In this document: positions 18,392 through 26,280 of the stretch, piece after piece
Numbering within the stretch: position 1 is the stretch's first letter
Layout: each line of letters opens with the position of its first letter
DNA from: Actinomycetota bacterium
Lineage (GTDB): Bacteria > Actinomycetota > Actinomycetes > S36-B12
Assembly: GCA_016717115.1 (NCBI GenBank)
Contig: JADKGE010000001.1
Coordinates: 508,584 to 572,583, forward strand
DNA: 64,000 nt
Direction of reading: 5' to 3'
Made by a program: the position numbers and the translations under genes
The notes under the pieces: generated by a model
Databases searched by the model: none
What the model was told of the DNA's origin: nothing
The model's input: only the letters and a program-made list of their open reading frames with translations

Positions 18392-19408
18392 ATGAGTGCT
18401 GCGATTCCCGTTCCCCGCGACTGCTGGTACGCCCCGGCGGCCTCGAGCGAGGTGGGCCGCGAACTGGTCCCCGTCCGCGCTGCCGGCCTACCGGTTGTCC
18501 TCTACCGGACCGAGTCCGGTGCCGTCGTCGCGCTCGAGGACCGGTGCGCGCACCGGGCCTACCCCCTCAGCGCCGGCGAGCTCATTGGGGACACCGTCCG
18601 CTGTGGCCTGTGCGGCTTCGTCTACGGCCCTGACGGGCAGTGCATCAGCGTGCCCACGCAGCCGCACGTCCCGTACGGCGCGCGGGTGGCGTCCTACCCC
18701 GTGCAGGAGGCCGACGGCCTGGTCTGGGTGTGGCTGGGCGAGCCCGGCCGTGCGGGACTTCACCGCATTCCCGATCTGCCGTGGCTCGATGACGACGGCT
18801 GGTCCACGGTCTCCGGCGAGGAGGACGTGCTCGCCTCGTTCCTCCTCCTGCACGAGAACTTCGCCGACGTCACGCAGGTGCCCTTCGTCGCGCCCGACAT
18901 CGCGCCGTCGGTTCTCGGCAGCACCCCTCCGCCCCTCGAGGTGGTCGTGAGCGAGACGTCGGTGTCGCTGCATCGCGACTTCCCGCCCGCACCCCTGCCG
19001 GAGTGGCAGGCCGAGATCGTCGGCTGCCCACCCGACGCGCCTTACCGCACCGAGCAGTCAGGGTTCTTCCCCTCGCCGGCCGTGTGGGTCGACCACTGGG
19101 ACGCCCAGGCTGCGGACGGCACCTGGATCCGACTCCGCTTCACGCACCTCGTCACGCCGATCGACGAGTCCAGCAGTCGGCTGCTGTGGGCGGTGAGCCG
19201 CGACTTCGCCCTGGGCAACCGCGCGGTCGACCAGTACCTGGGCGGGATCTTCACCGACTACTACGAGCGCGTGATCGACGCGATGGAGATCGCGCAGGAG
19301 GTGCTCGAGATCGACGGCCCGGGGCCAGAGGTCAACGTCAACGCCGACGCGGTCGGACTCAAGGTGCGCGAGATCGTGGACGCACTGCTCACTGCCGAAG
19401 GGGCCTGA
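18392..19408 (+). CDS. VanA-like Rieske-domain protein with non-canonical metal ligands
   Basis: ORF 18392..19408 with RBS AGGAGAG. It aligns by eye with vanillate demethylase VanA (WY..., EDRCAHR...). The second Rieske box reads CGLCG instead of CxYHG. The catalytic motif DxxHxxxxH reads DVTQVPFVA. Confidence 0.8.
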   Translation: MSAAIPVPRDCWYAPAASSEVGRELVPVRAAGLPVVLYRTESGAVVALEDRCAHRAYPLSAGELIGDTVRCGLCGFVYGPDGQCISVPTQPHVPYGARVASYPVQEADGLVWVWLGEPGRAGLHRIPDLPWLDDDGWSTVSGEEDVLASFLLLHENFADVTQVPFVAPDIAPSVLGSTPPPLEVVVSETSVSLHRDFPPAPLPEWQAEIVGCPPDAPYRTEQSGFFPSPAVWVDHWDAQAADGTWIRLRFTHLVTPIDESSSRLLWAVSRDFALGNRAVDQYLGGIFTDYYERVIDAMEIAQEVLEIDGPGPEVNVNADAVGLKVREIVDALLTAEGA

Positions 19409-19447
19409 CCACAGCAGCCCGGCAGTGCCAGCAGGCCATCGTCTACT

Positions 19448-19978
19448 GTGCACCGAGGATTCGAGGGGGATGATGTGGCAGGACCGCACACACTGGCGGA
19501 GACCGAGCGGGCTGCCGAGTCGCGCATCGCCGGACTCGAGCTCGACATCGAGTCTCTCCACGTCGTCTCCAACCTGTTCCGCGCCGCCAACGCCGTGCGC
19601 AACCACATGGAGCGCGAGGTGCTCACCCCGGCGGACCTCACCTGGACGGCCTTCGTCGTCCTGTGGGTCACCTGGATCTGGGGCAGCACCGAGACCCGGG
19701 TCATCGCCGAGGAGACCGGGGTGTCGAAGGCGACGCTCAGCGGAGTCCTGACGACGCTCGAGAAGCGCGGGCTGGTCCGGCGCACCAAGAGCGAGGCCGA
19801 CGGCCGGCTCGTCCTCGTCGAGCTCACCCCACGCGGACGACGGCTGATCACGCGCCTCTTCCCCCGCATCAACGCGGAGGAGACCCACGCCACGCGGCTG
19901 CTTCCGGGCGGATCCAAGGAGGAATCGGCCGAGCTCCTGCGTCTGATGGTGCTCGCTGTCGAGAGTCCCTCCTCCTAA
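19448..19978 (+). CDS. MarR-family transcriptional regulator
   Basis: ORF 19448..19978 (GTG, start uncertain). The winged-HTH core TRVIAEETGVSKATLSGVLTTLEKRGLVRRTKSEADGRLVLVELTPRG is typical MarR. Confidence 0.88.
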   Translation: MHRGFEGDDVAGPHTLAETERAAESRIAGLELDIESLHVVSNLFRAANAVRNHMEREVLTPADLTWTAFVVLWVTWIWGSTETRVIAEETGVSKATLSGVLTTLEKRGLVRRTKSEADGRLVLVELTPRGRRLITRLFPRINAEETHATRLLPGGSKEESAELLRLMVLAVESPSS

Positions 19979-20667
19979 CGGCCGGCCTCCGCCACGAGCT
20001 TTCGGAAGGGCAGGAGCTGATCCGGATCGACGTCGTAGGTGTCCTCGGGGTGCCACTGGACGCCGGCGGCCCAGCCGTTCGACGCGATCGACACGGCCTC
20101 GACCACGCCGTCCTCCGCGCGACCAAGCACCGTGATGCCGTCGGCCACGCGCTCGACCTCCTGGTGGTGGTAGCAGGAGCAGGTGATCGGCAGGTTGCCG
20201 ACGCCCAGGTGGTCGTCCGGGTCGTCGATCGCCACCCGATGCACGTGATGACGGTGGTTGACGTCCATGTCGATCACGAGGGTGCCCCCCAGGAGCGCGT
20301 TCACGACATGCAGGCCGCGGCAGACAGCCAGAGTCGGGATCCCCTGGTCGAGTGCGAACTGCGCGAGCGTGAAGTCGGTCTCGTCCTGCACCTCGTCGAC
20401 GTCGTACAGCGCGACGTGGGTCGGGTCGCCGCCGTAACGGCGCGGATTGACGTCACCGCCTCCGGGCAGCAGGACGCCGTCGACGCCGCGGAGCCGGTGC
20501 TTCCAGTCCACGGCGTCTGGCCCCGCGGCGGGCAGCAGCACGTGCGGGTCGCCGCCCGCGGCCCAGACGGCCTCGAGGAGCTTGCGCGCGGCGACGACTC
20601 CTCGGTAGCGCAGGGCGCTGGCCGACTCGGTGTATCGACCGGGGATGGCGATGATGGGACGGGACAC
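19975..20667 (-). CDS. gamma-glutamyl-gamma-aminobutyrate hydrolase family protein (peptidase C26, PuuD-like)
   Basis: ORF 19975..20811 trimmed to the GTG at 20667 after AAGGAGG. C26 motifs are present (LPGGGDVNP, LAVCRGLHVVN, GVQWHPE). Confidence 0.88.
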   Translation of the reverse strand: MSRPIIAIPGRYTESASALRYRGVVAARKLLEAVWAAGGDPHVLLPAAGPDAVDWKHRLRGVDGVLLPGGGDVNPRRYGGDPTHVALYDVDEVQDETDFTLAQFALDQGIPTLAVCRGLHVVNALLGGTLVIDMDVNHRHHVHRVAIDDPDDHLGVGNLPITCSCYHHQEVERVADGITVLGRAEDGVVEAVSIASNGWAAGVQWHPEDTYDVDPDQLLPFRKLVAEAGR

Positions 20668-20714
20668 GGTTCCTCCTTGCCGAGAAGGATGCACCATTCC
20701 AGAACAATTCGCTT

Positions 20715-20734
20715 TCCGTTTGGTTCCTAACGAC
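20715..20734. promoter_or_regulatory. candidate operator TCCGTTTGGTTCCTAACGAC (site C, most divergent)
   Basis: Lies in the 106-nt divergent region between the C26 hydrolase start (20667) and the ALDH start (20774). It keeps the frame CGTTnGG-N2-CCnAACG. Confidence 0.45.
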
Positions 20735-20773
20735 CTAGGATGTGCCGACGAACCGCCGCCCCGTAGGAGCCCT

Positions 20774-22237
20774 ATGAGCACGATCAGCATCGCCGGAGTC
20801 GACGTCGACACCCGGCACTGGATCGGTGGTCAGCGCGTCGCCTCTGCCGAGACGTTCGAGGACGTCTCGCCGGTCGACGGTCACCTTCTCGGCCAGGTCG
20901 CTCGCGGGGGGAGGCCCGAGGCGGATGCAGCCGTGGCCGCAGCCCAGGCCGCGTTCCCGGCATGGTCGAGGATGAGCCCGGAGGAGCGGGGCGAGATCCT
21001 CTTCCGCCTGGCCGACTCCATCGAGGCGCATGTCGAGGAGCTGTCCCAGATCGAGACCCTCGACAACGGCTCCCTACTGCGGTCGCACCGCCGCGGGGTC
21101 ATGCCCCGGGTCGCCATGAACATCCGGTTCTTCGCCGACTACGCGATCAACCGCTTGAGCCATCCGGAGTTCGAGACGCGGGGTCACACCAATCACGTGT
21201 CGTGGGACCCCTCCGGCGTCGCGGTGATCATCACCCCCTGGAATGCGCCACTGATGCTGGCGACGTGGCGCATCGGCCCGGCCCTCGCGTCGGGTGACAC
21301 GGTCGTCCTCAAGCCACCCGAGTGGGCTCCGCTGACCGCCTCGTACTTCGCCGATCTCGCGCACGAGGCCGGCCTGCCGCCGGGCGTGTTCAACGTCGTG
21401 CAGGGCTTCGGCACGGAGGCCGGGGCGCCGCTGACGGCCAACCCGGACGTTTCTCGCATCTGCTTCACCGGATCGGTGCCCACTGCGAAGGTGATCGCAC
21501 GCGCGGCCGCCGACAATCTGGTGCCGTGCTCGTTCGAGCTCGGCGGCAAGAGCCCGACGGTGATCCTCGACGATGCCGACCTCGATCTCGCGGTCGACCT
21601 CGCCGTGGAGCAGTACGACAACGCGGGCCAGGTGTGCCTGGCGGGAACGCGGCTGCTCGTGCAGCGCGGCATCGCCGAGGCCTTCACCGAGCGCTTCCGT
21701 GAGCGGGCGACGCAGATCCGCCAGGGCGACCCGCGCGACGAGGACACCCAGATCGGCCCCAACATCCACCTGAAGCACATCGAGCGGGTGCAGGGCTTCG
21801 TCGACCGAGCGAGGAGCGACGGCGCGACCATCGCCTACGGCGGCGACGTCAACACCGACCTCGGGCCGCACTACTTCCGGCCGACGTTGGTCGTCGACGC
21901 ACCTGCGGGCAGCGAGATCCTCACCCAGGAGGTCTTCGGGCCCGTCCTCACGATGCAGGTGTTCGACACCGACGACGAGGGCCTCGAACTCGCCAACGGG
22001 ACGGAGTTCGGCCTCGCCGCCTGCGTCGTGTCCGGCAGCCGCACGAGGGCCGAGGCCTTCACCAAGCACCTCGTTGCCGGCACCATCTGGGTCAACTGCT
22101 TCTTCGTCCGCGACCTGTCTGCCCCCTTCGGCGGATCCAAGAAGTCCGGCATCGGCCGCGAGGGCGGCGTCTGGTCGTTCGACTTCTACGCAGACGTGAA
22201 GAACACCGTCTACGCCCCCAACGGTTGGAAGGACTAG
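20774..22237 (+). CDS. aldehyde dehydrogenase (ring-fission semialdehyde dehydrogenase by context, HpaE-like)
   Basis: ORF 20630..22237 trimmed to the ATG at 20774 (MSTISIAGVDVDTRHWIGG). ALDH motifs ELGGKSP, FTGS and catalytic Cys AGQVCLAGTRL are present. It lies directly upstream of the extradiol dioxygenase. Confidence 0.88.
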   Translation: MSTISIAGVDVDTRHWIGGQRVASAETFEDVSPVDGHLLGQVARGGRPEADAAVAAAQAAFPAWSRMSPEERGEILFRLADSIEAHVEELSQIETLDNGSLLRSHRRGVMPRVAMNIRFFADYAINRLSHPEFETRGHTNHVSWDPSGVAVIITPWNAPLMLATWRIGPALASGDTVVLKPPEWAPLTASYFADLAHEAGLPPGVFNVVQGFGTEAGAPLTANPDVSRICFTGSVPTAKVIARAAADNLVPCSFELGGKSPTVILDDADLDLAVDLAVEQYDNAGQVCLAGTRLLVQRGIAEAFTERFRERATQIRQGDPRDEDTQIGPNIHLKHIERVQGFVDRARSDGATIAYGGDVNTDLGPHYFRPTLVVDAPAGSEILTQEVFGPVLTMQVFDTDDEGLELANGTEFGLAACVVSGSRTRAEAFTKHLVAGTIWVNCFFVRDLSAPFGGSKKSGIGREGGVWSFDFYADVKNTVYAPNGWKD

Positions 22238-22239
22238 TC

Positions 22240-23145
22240 ATGGGTGAGTTCGTCGCTGCCGGCCTGCTGTCGCATGTGCCGACGATCATGCTTCCGGAGG
22301 CCACGCGCCGCGAGATCAACGAAGGCAAGGAGCTCTCGCTCGTGACGTCCCTGCGACAGCTGCGCAAGGACGTGTTCGAGACGCTGGACTACGACACCGT
22401 GATCGTCCTCGACTCGCACTGGTTCACCACCGTGGAGTTCATCATCACGTCTCACGCGCGCCGAGCGGGCCTGTTCACTGCCGAGGAACTGCCCCGCGGC
22501 ATGTGCCGGATCCCCTACGAGTGGCGGGGCGACCCCGAGTTCGCCCACTCCATCGCGTCCCACGCCGACGAGGTCGGCACGTGGATCACCCCCGTCGACG
22601 ACGAGTACCTGCCGCTGTACTACCCCTCGATCAACCTGTGGTCCTACCTCGGCAAAGGCCTCGACAAGCAGTGGCTGTCGATGAGCGTGTGCCAGACGGC
22701 CGACACCGAGGACTACCTGCGGGTCGGCCGGGCCATCGGCAAGGCGATCGAGGACGTCGACCGCAAGGTCATCATCCTTGCGACAGGATCCCTGTCGCAC
22801 ACCTTCTACCCGCTGCGCGAGATCCGCCTCAACCCAGCGGTCGAGCGGTCGGACCCCAAGTACATCGTCAGCGACAAGGCAAGGGAGATGGACTACGAGC
22901 GCCTCGCCTGGTTTGCCGAGGGCCGGCACGACAAGGTGCTCGACACCATGGACGAGTTCCTCACCGTCCGCCCCGAGGGCAAGTTCGCGCACTACCTGAT
23001 GATGGCCGCCGCGCTCGGCGAGTCCGAGTTCGCTGCGCCGGGCCGTCAGATCTCCGACTACGAGAACTCGGTCGGTACGAGCCAGGTGCATGTCTGGTTC
23101 GACCGTCCCGAGACCGGATGGACGCGCAAGGGAGCCGCCGCATGA
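22240..23145 (+). CDS. hpaD: class III (LigB-type) extradiol dioxygenase resembling 3,4-dihydroxyphenylacetate 2,3-dioxygenase
   Basis: ORF 22225..23145 trimmed to the ATG at 22240. Blocks align by eye with E. coli HpaD/HpcB: LSHVPTIMLPE, DTVIVLDSHWF, GDPEFAHSIA, LATGSLSHTF, GTSQVHVWF. Confidence 0.75.
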   Translation: MGEFVAAGLLSHVPTIMLPEATRREINEGKELSLVTSLRQLRKDVFETLDYDTVIVLDSHWFTTVEFIITSHARRAGLFTAEELPRGMCRIPYEWRGDPEFAHSIASHADEVGTWITPVDDEYLPLYYPSINLWSYLGKGLDKQWLSMSVCQTADTEDYLRVGRAIGKAIEDVDRKVIILATGSLSHTFYPLREIRLNPAVERSDPKYIVSDKAREMDYERLAWFAEGRHDKVLDTMDEFLTVRPEGKFAHYLMMAAALGESEFAAPGRQISDYENSVGTSQVHVWFDRPETGWTRKGAAA

Positions 23146-24020
23146 CCGAGTACCGCCGCATCCTCCTCGAGGGGGCTCCGGTCCAGGCCGTCCGCCACGG
23201 CGACGAGCTCGTCGCCGCTGACGGGCGCACGATAGGCGTCGACGACGCGATCCACCTGCCGCCCGTGGAGCCCACGAAGATCATCGCGGTGCACCTCAAC
23301 TACGACTCCCGCACGCAGGAGTTCATGACGAAGCTGCCGCCCGCGCCCACCTACTTCCACAAGCCGATCACGGCGCTGAACTCCCACAAGGGCGCGGTCG
23401 TGCGGCCGGAGGGATGCAAGTGGCTGAACTACGAGGGCGAGATCGTCATCGTCATCGGACGCACGTGCCGCAACGTCTCGCCCGAGGAGGCCGGTGACTA
23501 CATCGCCGGCTACACCGTCGGCAACGACTACGGCCTGCACGACTTCCGCGACACCGATGCCGGCTCGATGCTGCGGGTGAAGGGCTCCGACACCCTTGCC
23601 CCCATCGGCCCCGGGCTGGTCACGGGCTGGGACTTCCACAACAAGGGCATCCAGACCCGCGTCAACGGAGAGGTCAAGCAGGACTCGACGACGGCGGAGA
23701 TGGAGTGGGACATGCACTACCTCGTCGCCGACATCGCCCGCACCATCACGCTGGTGCCCGGCGACATCCTCTTCTCGGGCACCCCCGCGTTCTCGCGCAC
23801 GGTCTACCCCGGCGACGTGGTCGAGGTGGAGGTCGAGGGCCTCGGCACCCTGAGCAACACCATCGTGCAGGGGCCGGTGCCCATCCGCGACGACTGCGGT
23901 GCGCAGCCGACCGAGAGCGAGGAGGTCGTCTCGACAGCCATGGGCGGCGACTGGGAGTTCCGTGGCATCCGCACCCCCTCGAAGGACCTGTACCCCTCCA
24001 CGGTGGAGGAGAAGGAGTAG
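23142..24020 (+). CDS. fumarylacetoacetate hydrolase (FAH) family protein (HpaG-like decarboxylase/isomerase, single domain)
   Basis: In the frame of ORF 22503..24020, starting at ATG 23142 (ATGA overlap with hpaD). FAH motifs are present: YEGEIVIVIGR, GYTVGNDY, PGDILFSGTP. Confidence 0.85.
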   Translation: MTEYRRILLEGAPVQAVRHGDELVAADGRTIGVDDAIHLPPVEPTKIIAVHLNYDSRTQEFMTKLPPAPTYFHKPITALNSHKGAVVRPEGCKWLNYEGEIVIVIGRTCRNVSPEEAGDYIAGYTVGNDYGLHDFRDTDAGSMLRVKGSDTLAPIGPGLVTGWDFHNKGIQTRVNGEVKQDSTTAEMEWDMHYLVADIARTITLVPGDILFSGTPAFSRTVYPGDVVEVEVEGLGTLSNTIVQGPVPIRDDCGAQPTESEEVVSTAMGGDWEFRGIRTPSKDLYPSTVEEKE

Positions 24021-24022
24021 GC

Positions 24023-24832
24023 ATGGCGAGCTCGAGCGGATTCCTCCCCCCGTACACCGATTCGGGTCGCACGGCCCTTATCCCGGAGATGCCCTGGCAC
24101 TACTCCGGCACGCTCCTCACCGTCGAGTACCGCACGGACCCGGCGAAGGTCCGCGCGATCCTTCCGCCGGAGCTCGGCCTCGCCGACGAGGACCCGGGCG
24201 CAGTGGCCTTCATCTGGGCCGACTGGCAGTCCTGCTCCACTGGTGGTGCCGAACTGCTCGACCCCTCGCGTTCGCAGTACCTCGAGGCGTTCGCCGTTGT
24301 GCGCGCCACGTACCAGGGAGTGACCTACAGCCGCTGCGTGCTCATCTGGGTCACCACCGACTTCGCGATCGGGCGCGGCTGGTTCCAGGGCTACCCGAAG
24401 AAGCTGGGCAGCGCCTACGTCACGCGCCCGTACAACCGTGGCATCGCGGCTCCCCGCATCGCGGAGGGCGGCACCTTCGGCGCCTCGCTGGCGGCGTACG
24501 ACCACCGGCTCGCCACCGCGAAGGTGACACTGCGCGAACCGGCCGAGTCCAACGGCTTCGTGAACGCCCACAAGATGGTCCACCACCGCTACATGCCATC
24601 CCTGGTTCCCGGTGCGGGCATGTCGCTGGAGCAGATCGTCACCATGGGTGGCGTCGACCTCGACCTCGGCCAGCCGTGGAAGGGCGATGCGGAGCTGTCC
24701 TTGTTCGACTCGCCCTGGGACGAGCCGGCCAGCCTGCTGCCCGTCGACGAGATCATCGCCGGGTACTACTGCGAGGTCGGCACCACGTTCGCGGGCGGCA
24801 CGCTGCTGACGGACGGCTCCTCCCCCGTCTGA
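24023..24832 (+). CDS. acetoacetate decarboxylase (ADC) family protein
   Basis: In the frame of ORF 23705..24832, starting at ATG 24023. The sequence is ADC-family-like (PPYTDSGRTALIPEMPWHYSGTLLTVEYRTDPAKVRAILPPEL). Confidence 0.7.
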   Translation: MASSSGFLPPYTDSGRTALIPEMPWHYSGTLLTVEYRTDPAKVRAILPPELGLADEDPGAVAFIWADWQSCSTGGAELLDPSRSQYLEAFAVVRATYQGVTYSRCVLIWVTTDFAIGRGWFQGYPKKLGSAYVTRPYNRGIAAPRIAEGGTFGASLAAYDHRLATAKVTLREPAESNGFVNAHKMVHHRYMPSLVPGAGMSLEQIVTMGGVDLDLGQPWKGDAELSLFDSPWDEPASLLPVDEIIAGYYCEVGTTFAGGTLLTDGSSPV

Positions 24833-24860
24833 CCGCCACCCCTCGGCCGAAGGAGGCCAC

Positions 24861-25052
24861 GTGACCGTCCGCATCACCATCGACCCGGGCAAGTGCCAGG
24901 GCTACGGCCAGTGCTGCTTCGAGGCCGACGACATCTTCCTGCTCGGCGACGAGCCGCCCGTCCGAGCGAGCGCCGACGTGGCGGAGGACCGGCGCGCTGA
25001 TGCCGAGCGTGCGGCGGACGTCTGCCCCATGCAGGCGATCACGGTCGAGTAG
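24861..25052 (+). CDS. small ferredoxin (P450-type 3Fe-4S/4Fe-4S)
   Basis: ORF 24861..25052 (GTG). The pattern CQGYGQC...CP is typical of actinobacterial P450 ferredoxins. Confidence 0.85.
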   Translation: MTVRITIDPGKCQGYGQCCFEADDIFLLGDEPPVRASADVAEDRRADAERAADVCPMQAITVE

Positions 25053-25058
25053 ACGGAC

Positions 25059-26252
25059 ATGGGCGGAGTCGTCGTGGTCGGCGGCGGCCTGGGGGGGCTG
25101 CGCGCCGCCGAGTCGCTGAGGGCGAGCGGGTACGCGGGCGCGATCACTGTCGTCGGGGACGAGCCGCACCTGCCCTACAACCGGCCCCCGCTGTCCAAGG
25201 AGGCGCTGTCGGGCGGCGTCGAGATCGACCGCCTGCTGTTCCGGCGCAAGGCCGGAGTCGACGATGTCGCGTGGCTGCTGGGGAGGGCGGCCGTGGCGAG
25301 CGACCTCGCAGCGCACACCGTGACCCTCGCCGACGGGGCGTCGCTCGAGTTCGACGGACTCGTCATCGCCTCCGGCATCCGGCCCCGGCGCCTGCCCATT
25401 CCGGGGCCATCAGGTGGGCGGCACGTGCTCCGCACCGCCGATGATGCCGGCTACCTGCGCTCACGCATGGCTCCGGGCACCCACGTCATCATCATGGGCG
25501 CCGGCTTCATCGGGTGCGAGACGGCGGCCACCGCCAGGAAGCTCGGGTGCGAGGTCGCCATCGTTGCCATCGATCCGGAGCCCATGGTGCGTCCGCTCGG
25601 GACGGAACTGGGCGCCGGCCTGCGCCGACGGCATGAGGCGCACGGGGTGCACTTCCATCTCGGTCACACGATCGATGCCTTCCACGGCACGAGCTACGAC
25701 GTGGAGTCGGTGTCCCTCAGCGATGGCACGGAACTGCCGGCGTCCATCGTGATCGAGGCAGTCGGGTCCGTCACGAATGTCGAGTGGCTTGACGGCAACG
25801 GGCTCGACCTGTCGGACGGCCTGCTGGTCGACAGCGCCATGCAGGTCGACACGCCGCTGGCACCCGTGGTCGCCGTCGGAGACATCGCCCGGCACCCCAA
25901 TGCCCTGTTCGACGGGATCCCCCGGCGCATCGAGCACTGGAACATGCCGACCGAGACCGGCCGGCGCGCCGGCGCCACGCTGGCCGCTCTGCTCGGCGGC
26001 AGCGAGCCCGACCGCTCGCCCTTCACGGCGATGCCGTCGTTCTGGTCCGATCAGTACTCGTACAGGCTCCAGTCATTCGGCATGCCCGGTATCGCCGACC
26101 GCATCGTCGTCGTCGACGGGGATCCGGACGGACCGTGCATCGTCGAGTACCACGATGCAACCGGGCTCATCGGGGTGGTGGGGGTCGATCGCACCCAGGA
26201 CCTCGTCCCCTACCGCAAGCAGTTGATGAGCCGCGGTCTTGCCACCCGCTGA
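25059..26252 (+). CDS. FAD-dependent NAD(P)H:ferredoxin reductase
   Basis: ORF 25059..26252. Motifs present: N-terminal GGGLGG dinucleotide motif, YNRPPLSK, and a second Rossmann motif MGAGFIGCE. Confidence 0.9.
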   Translation: MGGVVVVGGGLGGLRAAESLRASGYAGAITVVGDEPHLPYNRPPLSKEALSGGVEIDRLLFRRKAGVDDVAWLLGRAAVASDLAAHTVTLADGASLEFDGLVIASGIRPRRLPIPGPSGGRHVLRTADDAGYLRSRMAPGTHVIIMGAGFIGCETAATARKLGCEVAIVAIDPEPMVRPLGTELGAGLRRRHEAHGVHFHLGHTIDAFHGTSYDVESVSLSDGTELPASIVIEAVGSVTNVEWLDGNGLDLSDGLLVDSAMQVDTPLAPVVAVGDIARHPNALFDGIPRRIEHWNMPTETGRRAGATLAALLGGSEPDRSPFTAMPSFWSDQYSYRLQSFGMPGIADRIVVVDGDPDGPCIVEYHDATGLIGVVGVDRTQDLVPYRKQLMSRGLATR

Positions 26253-26280
26253 CCTCGACGGCCGGCACTATCCTCGGGTC

